A stretch of DNA of 64,000 nucleotides. Origin: Bryobacterales bacterium. GTDB taxonomy: Bacteria > Acidobacteriota > Terriglobia > Bryobacterales > UBA6623. The first letter of the stretch is position 1. Each line of letters begins with the position of its first letter. A program made the translations under genes and the position numbers. A model generated the notes under the pieces. That model was not told the DNA's origin, did not search any database, and worked only from the letters and a program-made list of their open reading frames with translations. Positions 17,595 through 27,356 of the stretch are shown here, one piece after another. The stretch covers positions 149,511-213,510 of the forward strand of contig CBDDCT010000001.1 in assembly GCA_965226185.1 (NCBI GenBank), read 5' to 3'.

Positions 17595-19347
17595 TAGCCC
17601 GCATTTCTCATCGATTCCCGAAAACGGGGTTGGCGGGGCGCGCGGGATGGGATTTCATGGTCTTGAGGCGGCATCGCCTCTCGGCGGGGCCGCCGTGGGG
17701 CAGAAACGGCCCGGCATGCTGTCCGCGACCCTGGCCGAGGCGTTTTTCGTCTGTTTTTGGGCAAACCTCGATTGCCGCCCCTGTCGAGCCCTGTGTGCTT
17801 CAAGTATTACTTGAACTCGCCTTGCCGTTTTCAGCAGCGCCGCGGCTCCCCCCGTTCGAGATTCTCATACGCTTGGGCGAACACCCCCGCCCAGGCGTAT
17901 CCCGTCGCCAGCGAAATCCACACTTTGCGCGCCGTGATCCGGATGCGCGCTCCGATCTTCAACAACCGCAGCCGGATCGTCGTGCATTGCGCCCGCGCCA
18001 TCTTCGTCCCCGCCAACCCCAGCCGCCGCAGCGTCTCCAGCAAACAGTACCCGATCGATGAAAAATATAAGCGGATCTGATTCGACCGCAATAGCGCGGT
18101 CGAGGTGCGGTCGGCGAACAGCCCCAGCTGCTGCTCCTTGATGCGGTTCTCCATCTCTCCGCGGGCGCAGTAGATCGTCTCGTATAAGTGTTGCGCCGCC
18201 GCTTGCTTGGGCGTCAGCGACGTCACCACGAAACGCGGGTTTTCGCCCTTCGCCAGATACTCCGCCTTGGCCACCACCCTGCGCCCCCGCGCCCAGCTGG
18301 TTCGCGTGCGGTAGCGGAAATCCCCGAACGCCCGGGCCGCCTTGCCCCTCTTGGCGAAACGCCGCCGCGCCAGCTTCATCCGTCTCTTGATCAGGCGCTC
18401 TAAACGCTCGTTTTTCGCCAGTCCGAACACGTAATCCACGCCCTGGTTCTCGCACCAGCTCATGATCTCGTCGCGGCAAAAACCGCTGTCGGCCCGCAGC
18501 AGGATCTCGACCTCGGGCCACACCCGCCGCAGTTGTTCGACGATGCGCCGGACCTCTTCGAGCGACCCCGCCGAGGCGTCGATGTTGGACGGCCGCAGGC
18601 GCGCGCACAGCAACTGGTCCCCGGCGAAAATGTAGAGCGGCAGGTAGCAATAGTGTCCGTAGTAGCCGTGAAAAAAGCGCCCCTCTTGGCGGCCGTGCAG
18701 CGCGTCGTCGGTGGCGTCGAGATCGAGCACGATGCGCTCGGGCTGGCACGGCTGCGATTGAATGTAGAGCGAGGTCAGCAGACGGTCGGCCGCGCCCGTG
18801 TCGAGAACGATCTTCTTGTAACGGCTTTGCGCGCCGGCCTTGGCCGGGGTCAACTCCAGGCGGTTGAGAGTGCTCTTGCCGGCGCCCGCCTTGCCGCGGT
18901 CTTGGGCTCGGCGGCGCTGCTTGCCTTCGAGGTCTTGTTTGCCGCTCAGCAGAGCCAGCAGCGGGTCGGAGCGCAGCTGATCGTGATCGTTGAGGTCCTC
19001 ATAACCCAGCGCCAGCCCGTAGACGCGCTGCGAGACCAGCTCGCGCACGCTGTGTTCGACTTGCGCGGGCTGGCGGTGATCACGGAAGCAGGCGGCGAAC
19101 TGCCGCACGATGCCGCTGCGCTGTTCGGTCTGGCGCAACAGCATGGCGCCGCCGTCGGAGGTGATCATGCCGCCGTCGAAACGGGCTACCACCTGGCGGC
19201 GGCCATGGTCGGCGAAGGTGAAGCTGGTTTGGGTACACTCTGTCATGGCAGGGGTCGCTTTCTTGCTGGCTGAAACATATTGTAATCATTATGTTTGTGC
19301 CACAAAAGGCGGCCTTCCGCCAACCCCGCGATGAGAAATCCGGGTTA
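17595..19347 (-). mobile_element. IS1380-family insertion sequence, copy 1 (1753 bp)
   Basis: Terminal inverted repeats TAGCCCGCATTTCTCATCG (17595-17613) and the reverse complement of 19329-19347 (TAACCCGGATTTCTCATCG). The same end sequence starts copy 2 at 63583. Confidence 0.8.
17831..19246 (-). CDS. IS1380-family DDE transposase
   Basis: 471 aa; FDGGMITSDGGAMLLRQTEQ..., GYEDLNDHDQLRSDP motifs typical of IS1380 family. Confidence 0.9.
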   Translation of the reverse strand: MTECTQTSFTFADHGRRQVVARFDGGMITSDGGAMLLRQTEQRSGIVRQFAACFRDHRQPAQVEHSVRELVSQRVYGLALGYEDLNDHDQLRSDPLLALLSGKQDLEGKQRRRAQDRGKAGAGKSTLNRLELTPAKAGAQSRYKKIVLDTGAADRLLTSLYIQSQPCQPERIVLDLDATDDALHGRQEGRFFHGYYGHYCYLPLYIFAGDQLLCARLRPSNIDASAGSLEEVRRIVEQLRRVWPEVEILLRADSGFCRDEIMSWCENQGVDYVFGLAKNERLERLIKRRMKLARRRFAKRGKAARAFGDFRYRTRTSWARGRRVVAKAEYLAKGENPRFVVTSLTPKQAAAQHLYETIYCARGEMENRIKEQQLGLFADRTSTALLRSNQIRLYFSSIGYCLLETLRRLGLAGTKMARAQCTTIRLRLLKIGARIRITARKVWISLATGYAWAGVFAQAYENLERGEPRRC

Positions 19348-19525
19348 GCCAGCATTTCTCACCGAACGGTGAGGCGCGCGACGTGGCGCGCGCCTCCTGG
19401 CGGGCTGCGTCGGCCTCCGGGCCGACGTCCGCCGCCTGCTCTATTGGCGTCGAGAGGAGCCTGGGGGCCCGCACCACGTCGTGAACCGAGGCCCGGCACT
19501 CGAGTCGTGAGAAATACAGCCTATC
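19345..19525. mobile_element. MITE-like element whose ends resemble the IS1380-family termini
   Basis: TTAGCCAGCATTTCTCACCG (19345-19364) versus the reverse complement of 19506-19525 (GATAGGCTGTATTTCTCACG). Interior holds a perfect 10-bp GC hairpin (19371-19396) and an 8-bp hairpin. Confidence 0.45.
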
Positions 19526-19577
19526 CGTGCGCCGGGAGCCCGCCTGGGAGCTTTCTTGTCGCGTCCCGGATTCAGCA

Positions 19578-20711
19578 TCACGAAAACGCCCAGGTCACCG
19601 CCTCCAGGCTGTCGCGTAGTGTTGCGTTGACGCCAAGGGCCGATGACGGTTCGTAACCGCAATGTACGAGGCAATGCTCGCAGCGAGGATCGTTGCCGCG
19701 GCCGTAATGACTCCAAGGCGTTTGAGACATTAGCTCTTCAAAGCTATCCCAATGAGCGTCGGTGATCAGATAGCAGGGGCCCTTCCACCCTCGGATGTTG
19801 TAGGTCGGATTGCCCCAAGCGGTACAAGGCAACTCTTTCTCTCCCTTGAGGAACTTTAAATAGGCCGGAGTGCTGGTCAGCCGAAACCTCTTCACCAGCC
19901 GGTCGACATCCTTGAATTTCTCCCGCACCTCGTCTCGCGTGAGAAAGATCTCCCGCGTGTCGACGGCCGAGTAGCCGTAGCCCGGTGAGAGCATATGACC
20001 GTCCAGGCCGAACTGCTGGAGATATTCGAACAGCTCTTCGATCTCCGCCATGTCGGTTTCGCGGTAAACGGTCGTGTTGGTGCACACCATGAATCCGGCC
20101 GCTTTTGCCGCCTGAATACCCGCGATCGCTTCTTCGAAAACACCCTCGCGCTCGACCGCCATGTCATGCGTTTCCTGGAGCCCGTCCAGATGAACGTTGA
20201 AGAAGAAGCGCCTGTCCGGTTTGAACTCGTGCAAGCGGCGGGCGATGTACATGCCGTTCGTGCAGAGATAGATGTGCCGCTTGCGAGCCAGGATAGCCGC
20301 CACAAGCTCTCCGAGTTGCGGATACATCATGGGTTCTCCGCCGCAAATGGAGACGATGGGGGCGCCGCACTCCTCCACCGCGCCCAAGCACTTCTCTAGC
20401 GGAACGCGCTCGGTAATGGTCGACTCGTACTCACGAATCCGGCCGCACCCCGTGCAGGTGAGATTGCAGGCATGCAGCGGCTCCAGCATGAGCACCAGTG
20501 GAAATCGCTTGCGCAGCATCGGGTGGGGAGGAGGGGTGTGGGAAGGAACCGACTCCCCGTTGGCCTTAACAGGGGACGGTTGCCGCAGTATCGGAAAAGG
20601 GCTTGAAGACGGCGGCACATCGGGGTCCCGCTGCCACTCTGGTTTCGGCCACAGTTTGTTCTTCGCGATGTAGGCGCCCAACTGAGCCGCCATGCCGAGA
20701 GGCACCCTCAT
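19578..20711 (-). CDS. hpnH: adenosylhopane synthase, hopanoid radical SAM protein HpnH
   Basis: 377 aa; CNLTCTGCGRI radical SAM cluster motif, HpnH-type N-terminus (AQLGAYIAKNKLW). Confidence 0.9.
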   Translation of the reverse strand: MRVPLGMAAQLGAYIAKNKLWPKPEWQRDPDVPPSSSPFPILRQPSPVKANGESVPSHTPPPHPMLRKRFPLVLMLEPLHACNLTCTGCGRIREYESTITERVPLEKCLGAVEECGAPIVSICGGEPMMYPQLGELVAAILARKRHIYLCTNGMYIARRLHEFKPDRRFFFNVHLDGLQETHDMAVEREGVFEEAIAGIQAAKAAGFMVCTNTTVYRETDMAEIEELFEYLQQFGLDGHMLSPGYGYSAVDTREIFLTRDEVREKFKDVDRLVKRFRLTSTPAYLKFLKGEKELPCTAWGNPTYNIRGWKGPCYLITDAHWDSFEELMSQTPWSHYGRGNDPRCEHCLVHCGYEPSSALGVNATLRDSLEAVTWAFS

Positions 20712-20742
20712 CGAATTTGTCTCCCGCGGTCATCCAACCCCA

Positions 20743-22710
20743 TCACGACCCTCTCAAAAGCCAGTTGTGGTATTCCGCCAAGGCCAGCAGAGGGAAATAC
20801 TGCCGATAGAGATCGTATTTCAAGTAGAAAACGCGCGGGAATCCCGTGCCCGTGTAGTAATGTTCATCCCACGATCCATCCGCCTTCTGGGACTCCAGCA
20901 AATACCGTATCCCCGATTCCACGCTGCCGCTGCGGTAATCGGCACTGGCGAAAAGCCCGAGCAGCGCCCAGGCCGTTTGAGAGGGCGTGCTCTCTCCGCG
21001 GCCTTTGGTGCTGGGGTCGTCATAGCTTTCACAGGACTCACCCCAGCCGCCGTCCGCGTTCTGGATCGATCGAAGCCACTCACCCGCGCGAATGATATAG
21101 GCCTCCCGCGAGTCCTCGGCAGCCACCGCCAAGCCGCGCAGCGCAAAGCAAGTTCCGTAGATGTAGTTGACACCCCATCGCCCGAACCAGCTACCGTCAT
21201 CCTCCTGCGTTCTTCTTAGGAACTCAACGCCGCGCCTGACGGCGGGATGCGCTGGTCCCGGACCTGCCGTGCACAGCGCGTCGAGAACACGGCCGGTCAA
21301 GTCCGGGCAGGGGGTGTCCAGCATTGCGTTATGGTCGGCGAAGGGCACGTGATTCAAGATGGACAAGTTGTTGTCCACATCGAAAGCGCCCCACCCGCCG
21401 TCTTTCGACTGCATGCCGAGCAGCCAATTCACACCCCGTTTCTGGGCGGCCCGCTGCCTCTCGGGATGCGTCGCTTGAATGCGATCGAGAGCCAGCAGAA
21501 CCTGCGCCGTGTCATCGGTGTCGGGGTAAAACTCGTTGGCGAATTCGAAGTACCACCCGCCCGGAGCACCCGCTTGGTTCTTTACCGACCAATCCCCGCG
21601 TTTCCGCACTTCCTTTGTCAGGAGCCAATCCGCTGCTTGGCGTAGTGCATCTAGAACGGACTCACCGTGGCCGTGGTGGGCCGAACCTAACGCATGCACG
21701 GCCAAAGCCGTGTCCCAAACCGGGGAAAAGCAGGGCTGCAACCGCACAGTGTCGCGCTCCTCGATAATCAGTTCGTCGAACTTTGCGATCTCCCTCTTGA
21801 GCAGCGCGTCGTCCAGCGTATAGCCGAGTTCGGTAAGGGCCATGATGCAATTCATCATGGCCGGGAAAATGGCTCCCAGCCCGTCTGAGTCATGGAGCCG
21901 TTTGACCATCCAATCCGCTGTGGCGCGGATCGCTTTCTCACGAGCGCGAGCCACGCCGGCGCGTTCCCAAAACTTGAGCGCCTTGTCGGCAATCAAGAAT
22001 AGATTGGCGCCGAAGGAATCAGTGTTGGAACGTTCGACTCCGGAAAAAAGCTCCCGAATCGTTAGGCCGACGGGAACCGGCCGGGACGCGCCGCGTGCAC
22101 CGAGGATCGCCAAGGGGGCGATGATCGCTCGCGTCCACGAAGACATGTCGTAAACAGTCAGCCGAGTTGAGTTTGGCAGCAAAAACAGTTCGGGCGGGAT
22201 CGTCGGCGTCTTGTTGCGGTCGTAGAGTCCGAAATAGCTAAGGTAGATCTTCGTGTAACTATTTGAACTCTCGACCCCGCCCAGATCGATCACTCGTCTT
22301 CGAGCATTCCTAAGGCGCGCATCCGAGGCCTCGTAGCCGGCAAGCCGGAGAGTCAAGTAGGCCTTCACCGACGCGCTAACATTTGCCGGGCCACCCGGGT
22401 AGATACTCCAGCCGCCATCAGGCAGTTGGCGGCTCAAGATGTAGCGGGCGGCGCTCTGAATTCGGCTCGCGGTGGGGGGCCTCCAGACTCCGTCGTCCCC
22501 AGGCGGGTAAAGCCACAACTGCAGCAAGATGTAGTCGGATTCCAGCGAGGTGTCCGCTTCGAGTTCCCCAACCCAATAGCCCTTGGCCGACTGGCGAGCC
22601 AAGAGATAGTCGCTGGCCGAGGCGATCGAATAGTTGAGTTCCGGATAAGATTGTTCGGTGAGCGATTGAACAGCGGCAGTACCCACGTTTCCCACCCCGA
22701 GGCGCGTCAT
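20743..22710 (-). CDS. shc: squalene-hopene cyclase
   Basis: 655 aa; DTDDTA catalytic motif (YPDTDDTAQ), multiple QW repeats (DGGWG, DGSW). Confidence 0.95.
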   Translation of the reverse strand: MTRLGVGNVGTAAVQSLTEQSYPELNYSIASASDYLLARQSAKGYWVGELEADTSLESDYILLQLWLYPPGDDGVWRPPTASRIQSAARYILSRQLPDGGWSIYPGGPANVSASVKAYLTLRLAGYEASDARLRNARRRVIDLGGVESSNSYTKIYLSYFGLYDRNKTPTIPPELFLLPNSTRLTVYDMSSWTRAIIAPLAILGARGASRPVPVGLTIRELFSGVERSNTDSFGANLFLIADKALKFWERAGVARAREKAIRATADWMVKRLHDSDGLGAIFPAMMNCIMALTELGYTLDDALLKREIAKFDELIIEERDTVRLQPCFSPVWDTALAVHALGSAHHGHGESVLDALRQAADWLLTKEVRKRGDWSVKNQAGAPGGWYFEFANEFYPDTDDTAQVLLALDRIQATHPERQRAAQKRGVNWLLGMQSKDGGWGAFDVDNNLSILNHVPFADHNAMLDTPCPDLTGRVLDALCTAGPGPAHPAVRRGVEFLRRTQEDDGSWFGRWGVNYIYGTCFALRGLAVAAEDSREAYIIRAGEWLRSIQNADGGWGESCESYDDPSTKGRGESTPSQTAWALLGLFASADYRSGSVESGIRYLLESQKADGSWDEHYYTGTGFPRVFYLKYDLYRQYFPLLALAEYHNWLLRGS

Positions 22711-23711
22711 ATGCTTGCGATTTGAGTCAGTTCGCCTTGATGGGCGGCCAAGTCCCGCGGAAGCGCAAACATGACGTCTTCTTCGACGACTTCGACTTCT
22801 TCAACCCGCGCAAACCCGAACTGGGTCAAATGACGCACGATCTTCTGCACAAGTACCTCCGGCGCGGACGCTCCAGCGGTAAGGGCGACTCGATCGACGC
22901 CCTCGAACCAGGCGGGGTCGAGCTGGGTTTCGTCATCGACGAGATAGCCGCGCAGGCCGCGGTTTTCACCAACTTCCACCAGACGCCGTGAATTCGAACT
23001 GTTCTGCGAGCCAATGACCAGCAACAGCTCCGCCTTTGACGCAATCTGCTTCACTGCTTGCTGCCGATTCTCGGTCGCGTAGCAGATATCCTGGGCGGGC
23101 GGCCCTTGAATGCCTGGAAAACGATTCTGGAGTTCGTCGATGATGACTTGAGCCTCGTCCAAACTCAGCGTCGTCTGCGTGAGGTAATACACGTTTTCCG
23201 GGTCGGACACCTGAACCGAACGTGCCTCCTCCGGCGACGATACAACGATTGTGAGGCTTGGGGCCTCCCCCAGGGTTCCGACAACCTCATCGTGATCACG
23301 GTGGCCGATCAGAAGAATAGTTCCCTTGGAAGCCGCAAACCGGATAGCCTCTAGATGCACCTTCGTGACCAGCGGGCAAGTCGCATCGATCACTTCGAGG
23401 CGCCGTTGCTCAGCCATTTCACGAACGGCGGGGGCAACCCCATGGGCGCTGAAGATGGCACGGCCGCCTCGAGGGACCTCATCTAGTTCCTCGACGAAAA
23501 CCGCCCCGCGGCCGGCGAGGTCGTCAACAACGTAGCGGTTGTGAACGATCTCTTTCCGCACATAGACAGGCGGGCCGTAAATTTTCAGCGCGAGTTCGAC
23601 GATGTCGACCGCGCGCACTACCCCGGCGCAAAACCCTCGCGGCTTGAGCAGGTAGACGACTTTCTCTCTGTTCTCGGCCGCCGACGCGGTCAGATCTGAA
23701 TTGTTCGGCAT
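22707..23711 (-). CDS. ispH: 4-hydroxy-3-methylbut-2-enyl diphosphate reductase
   Basis: 334 aa; LytB-type blocks (RGFCAGV, HNRYVV, SAHGV, CPLVTKVH); ATGA overlap with shc start at 22707-22710. Confidence 0.95.
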   Translation of the reverse strand: MPNNSDLTASAAENREKVVYLLKPRGFCAGVVRAVDIVELALKIYGPPVYVRKEIVHNRYVVDDLAGRGAVFVEELDEVPRGGRAIFSAHGVAPAVREMAEQRRLEVIDATCPLVTKVHLEAIRFAASKGTILLIGHRDHDEVVGTLGEAPSLTIVVSSPEEARSVQVSDPENVYYLTQTTLSLDEAQVIIDELQNRFPGIQGPPAQDICYATENRQQAVKQIASKAELLLVIGSQNSSNSRRLVEVGENRGLRGYLVDDETQLDPAWFEGVDRVALTAGASAPEVLVQKIVRHLTQFGFARVEEVEVVEEDVMFALPRDLAAHQGELTQIASI

Positions 23712-24036
23712 GACACTTTCTCGTGGAGGCGGCAGCCGACAAGCGTGCTGATCCGCCAGCCTCGATCAAGCTCTCAATATTAGCTTACAGTAGACCGGCG
23801 GGGTAGCCCTTTCCGCTTGCCTCTCTGTCCTTCGATGGGGGCGAGGCGGGTAACTCCAGTAAGGATTGATTAAGGACACGGGAACCCTGACAGACCGGCG
23901 GCCTGTGCTGTAATACGGGCTTGCGCCGGACTTGCTGAAAGACCGAGGCGGAAGCGAAGTTAGTCCGTCGGCGCTTCGATGGATTCGTTTACGATTTTAC
24001 AACCTGTCCGTTTGCATCCAGTCCGAAAGAGCCCAA

Positions 24037-25452
24037 ATGACAGAGCTTTTCTACCTGTCCGCCACTGAGTTGGCGCGAAAAATACGCACCAAGGAGTGCA
24101 GTCCTGTCGAGGTGATGGATGCGCATCTTGACCGCGTCGCGAAGGTGAATCCCGCGCTCAACGCCATCACGCATCTAGACGCCGACCGGGCCCGGCGGAG
24201 CGCCCGGGAAGCCGAGCGCGAGCTGTATCGGAACACCCAAATCGGCCCCTTGCACGGCGTTCCGATCACTATTAAAAGCTCCATCGAAGTCGAGGGCCTG
24301 CGCTGCGAATGTGGAACCAAGCTCAGGCAAGGGTTCGTAGCCGAACGCACCGCGCCGCTGGTGACGCGCCTGCAACAAGCCGGCGCGATCGTCATCGGCA
24401 CCACCAATGCTCCCGAGTTTCTGATGGCGTACGAAAGCGACAACTTTCTCTACGGGCGCACGAATAATCCGTGGAATCCCGGCTACACCGCCGGCGGATC
24501 GAGTGGCGGCGAAGCCGCGGCCATTGCGGCGGGGTGCTCGGCGGGTGGAATGGGAAGTGACGGCGGGGGCTCCGTCCGTGTGCCGGCCCATTTCAGCGGC
24601 ATTTGCGGCCTCAAACCGACTCCCGGTTTAATCCCCCGAACAGGGCATTGGCCGGCGTGCTTGGGTCCTTCGGCTTTCTTGGGACTTGTCGGCCCGATGG
24701 CGCGAACGGTCGAGGACGTGCGGTTGCTGCTGGAAATCAGCAGCGGGGTTGAATACCACGACCCATCGGCGGCGCCGGTGGTGTTGGAACGGCCCACTGA
24801 ATCAGAGGTGCTCCAAACCACCGTCGGCTGGTTCGAAGATTACGGGAGTTATCCAGTAACGCCGGAAACGCGCATCGCCGTGCGCACCGCGGCTGGAGCC
24901 TTGAAGGACCAAGGTCTCGCCGTCGAGCCGATCGAGCTTCTGGGAATGGAATCGGCCCGTGATCTGTGGTGGACGATGTTTGGCGTGGCCGCTGCCACTT
25001 TTCTTCAGCCGCTGATCGGTGGCCACGAAGGCGATCTGCATCCCTTCACAAAGGAATTGATGGCCGCTCGGGAAGAGGAATCGGCGACTACCTACCAGCA
25101 ATTCTTGGGCGCCTGGGTCGATCGCGACCGTCTGCGCTCGAAGCTGCTGCGACAGATGCAGCGACATCGCGTGCTGCTCTGCCCCGTGGCGTCGATCCCC
25201 GCGTTTCGGCACGGAGAACGTTCCTGGACCATCGACGGCGAGACGATCCAGTATCCGAAGCCCTTCGTTTACTCCCAGATCTTCAACTTGCTGGGTAATC
25301 CGGCCGCCGCCGTGCCTGTTGGACAGTCGGCCGAAGGCCTGCCAATCGGGGTGCAAATCGTTGGCCGCCCGTTCGAAGACGAGTTGGTCCTTTCGGTAGC
25401 GGCCAAGATCGAACAGGCGCTGGGAGGCTGGAAAGCGCCGCCAGAGCCGTGA
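24037..25452 (+). CDS. amidase-signature family amidase
   Basis: ORF from 23932; ATG 24037 (MTELFYLSATELARKI); GGSSGG...GSDGGGSVRVPA signature. Confidence 0.85.
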   Translation: MTELFYLSATELARKIRTKECSPVEVMDAHLDRVAKVNPALNAITHLDADRARRSAREAERELYRNTQIGPLHGVPITIKSSIEVEGLRCECGTKLRQGFVAERTAPLVTRLQQAGAIVIGTTNAPEFLMAYESDNFLYGRTNNPWNPGYTAGGSSGGEAAAIAAGCSAGGMGSDGGGSVRVPAHFSGICGLKPTPGLIPRTGHWPACLGPSAFLGLVGPMARTVEDVRLLLEISSGVEYHDPSAAPVVLERPTESEVLQTTVGWFEDYGSYPVTPETRIAVRTAAGALKDQGLAVEPIELLGMESARDLWWTMFGVAAATFLQPLIGGHEGDLHPFTKELMAAREEESATTYQQFLGAWVDRDRLRSKLLRQMQRHRVLLCPVASIPAFRHGERSWTIDGETIQYPKPFVYSQIFNLLGNPAAAVPVGQSAEGLPIGVQIVGRPFEDELVLSVAAKIEQALGGWKAPPEP

Positions 25453-25527
25453 CCCGTAGGGGCCGGCAATCCTGCCGGTCCTTCGCCGTGAAGCGGCGAC
25501 GCAAGTCCCTAAGCCCCAGATCAACCC

Positions 25528-26829
25528 TCACTCGCCTGTAGCAATAGACACCGCCGCACCCGTCTTGGCGAGCTCCGACAGCGCGTCCACAACCCGCTCG
25601 ACTTCACCCGCTGTGTTGTAGTGCGCTAGCCCGATCCGAACCATGCCCCCGCTAGGCTCGACATCCAGCCGCTCGCTTAAGCTGAGGGCGTAGTAGTTGC
25701 CGTCCCAGACGAAGATTCCTTGGTCGCCCAGATATCGGGCAATGGCACGAGGATGGTGGCCGCTGAGCCGGATCGAGACCGTCGGCGCCCTTTGGCCGAA
25801 GCGGGTGGTCTCCCGGATGCCGTAAAACCGCAGGCCTTCGATGGAAAGCAATCCGCGGATGAGCTGCCCGGCAAGTTCGCGTTCGTAGCGCTGAATAGCG
25901 CCCATCCCGGCCAATAGCAACCGTCGCCGCTCTGAGCACTCGCCGCTGACAGTTGACTCAGCCGCGGCGCCGAAACGGCTGCCGAGATCGGCCAGATACT
26001 CGACCGCGGCGGCCACGCCCGCCAGTCCTTCATGATTCTGAGTCCCCGTCTCCCAGCGGTCCGGAATCTCGTCGGACGCCGGCCGCACCTTGTAGGGCCG
26101 CAGCCGTTCGAGATGTTCCGCCTTGCCGTAAAGGGCCCCGGCGTGGGGCCCAAAGAACTTGTAAGCCGAGCAGACCAGGAAATCGCAGCCGATTTCGCGG
26201 ACATCGATCGGCCCATGAGGCGCGTAGTGAACCGCGTCGACGTAAGACAGCGCGCCAACTTGATGCGCCGCCCTCGTGATCGCGGCCACGTCGTTGATCG
26301 AGCCCACCGAGTTCGAAGCGAAGCCAACCGCGACCAGCTTGGTGCGTTCGTTCAGCAGTCCCAGCAAACCCTCCATGTCGAGCGTGCAGTCCTCCGGGTG
26401 AATGTCGGCGACACGAATAACCGCTCCTTGCTCTTCGAGAGCCCTCCAGGGAGCGATGTTGGCGTCGTGGTCCAGGTTCGTAACGATGATCTCGTCCCCT
26501 GGTTTCATCTCCCGGCCGATCGCCCGGCTCATCGCGAAAGTGAGGGTCGTCATGTTCGAGCCAAAGACGACCTCTTCGGCGCGGCACCCCAGCAGATCGG
26601 CCACCGCCGTGTGCGCCTGTTCCACTATTTCGTCGGTCCGGCGGCTGGTCTCGAAAGCCCCGTGACAGTTGGAATTCGATCGCGCCAAGTAGTCAGCCAC
26701 CGCCTCGATGACGCGTTGTGGGACTTGCGTGCCGCCCGGGGCATCAAGAAAAACCGCGGGTTGCCCGTTGACCTGCCGGGCGAATGCGGGAAACTGCGAG
26801 CGGACGTAGGTTAGGTCCAGATCCGGCAA
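25528..26829 (-). CDS. class-V aminotransferase / cysteine desulfurase-like protein
   Basis: 433 aa; PLP-fold blocks, SAYKFFGPH lysine region. Confidence 0.8.
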   Translation of the reverse strand: MPDLDLTYVRSQFPAFARQVNGQPAVFLDAPGGTQVPQRVIEAVADYLARSNSNCHGAFETSRRTDEIVEQAHTAVADLLGCRAEEVVFGSNMTTLTFAMSRAIGREMKPGDEIIVTNLDHDANIAPWRALEEQGAVIRVADIHPEDCTLDMEGLLGLLNERTKLVAVGFASNSVGSINDVAAITRAAHQVGALSYVDAVHYAPHGPIDVREIGCDFLVCSAYKFFGPHAGALYGKAEHLERLRPYKVRPASDEIPDRWETGTQNHEGLAGVAAAVEYLADLGSRFGAAAESTVSGECSERRRLLLAGMGAIQRYERELAGQLIRGLLSIEGLRFYGIRETTRFGQRAPTVSIRLSGHHPRAIARYLGDQGIFVWDGNYYALSLSERLDVEPSGGMVRIGLAHYNTAGEVERVVDALSELAKTGAAVSIATGE

Positions 26830-27356
26830 AGTTGATCCTCCCTGAAAACGCGACAGGACGCTCGGTTAAGCGATAGTTCCCTCTCGGCATCCCAGCGCAC
26901 CGTGCATTGCTGAACGTAGCCATCGGGGACGCCCTATCTTAAATGATTCAGTCGAGCCCTCTACGGAAGGTCAACCGGGAGGCAGCCCGAATTCCGCGGC
27001 AATTTCTGGATAACTTCGCTCTGGCAACGTTGGTGCCCGGGGACGTCACGGCGGCACTACCGGCGGCGTCCGTGTCCCAAAAATCCCACTTGTGCCCCGC
27101 GTCCTCGCAAACGGCGGTTTGGGGCCTAATTTGGCGTTTGCATGATAGGAATGCACGCGATTCGAAAATCCGCTAATTTCCGCTAACTCACCCCGATCGT
27201 TGCCACCGCTCTCGGCGATGCGCTTTCACCCAAGAAATGCGCGGGGAACTAGCGCGGGCTTTCGCCCTGGGTCTGTGTCTTTGGGCTGTGTCCATTTTTC
27301 CATTGCTCGCCAGCCTTCCCGCCTGTCGCCGCTGGTTTCGAGCTAAGATAACTCCG

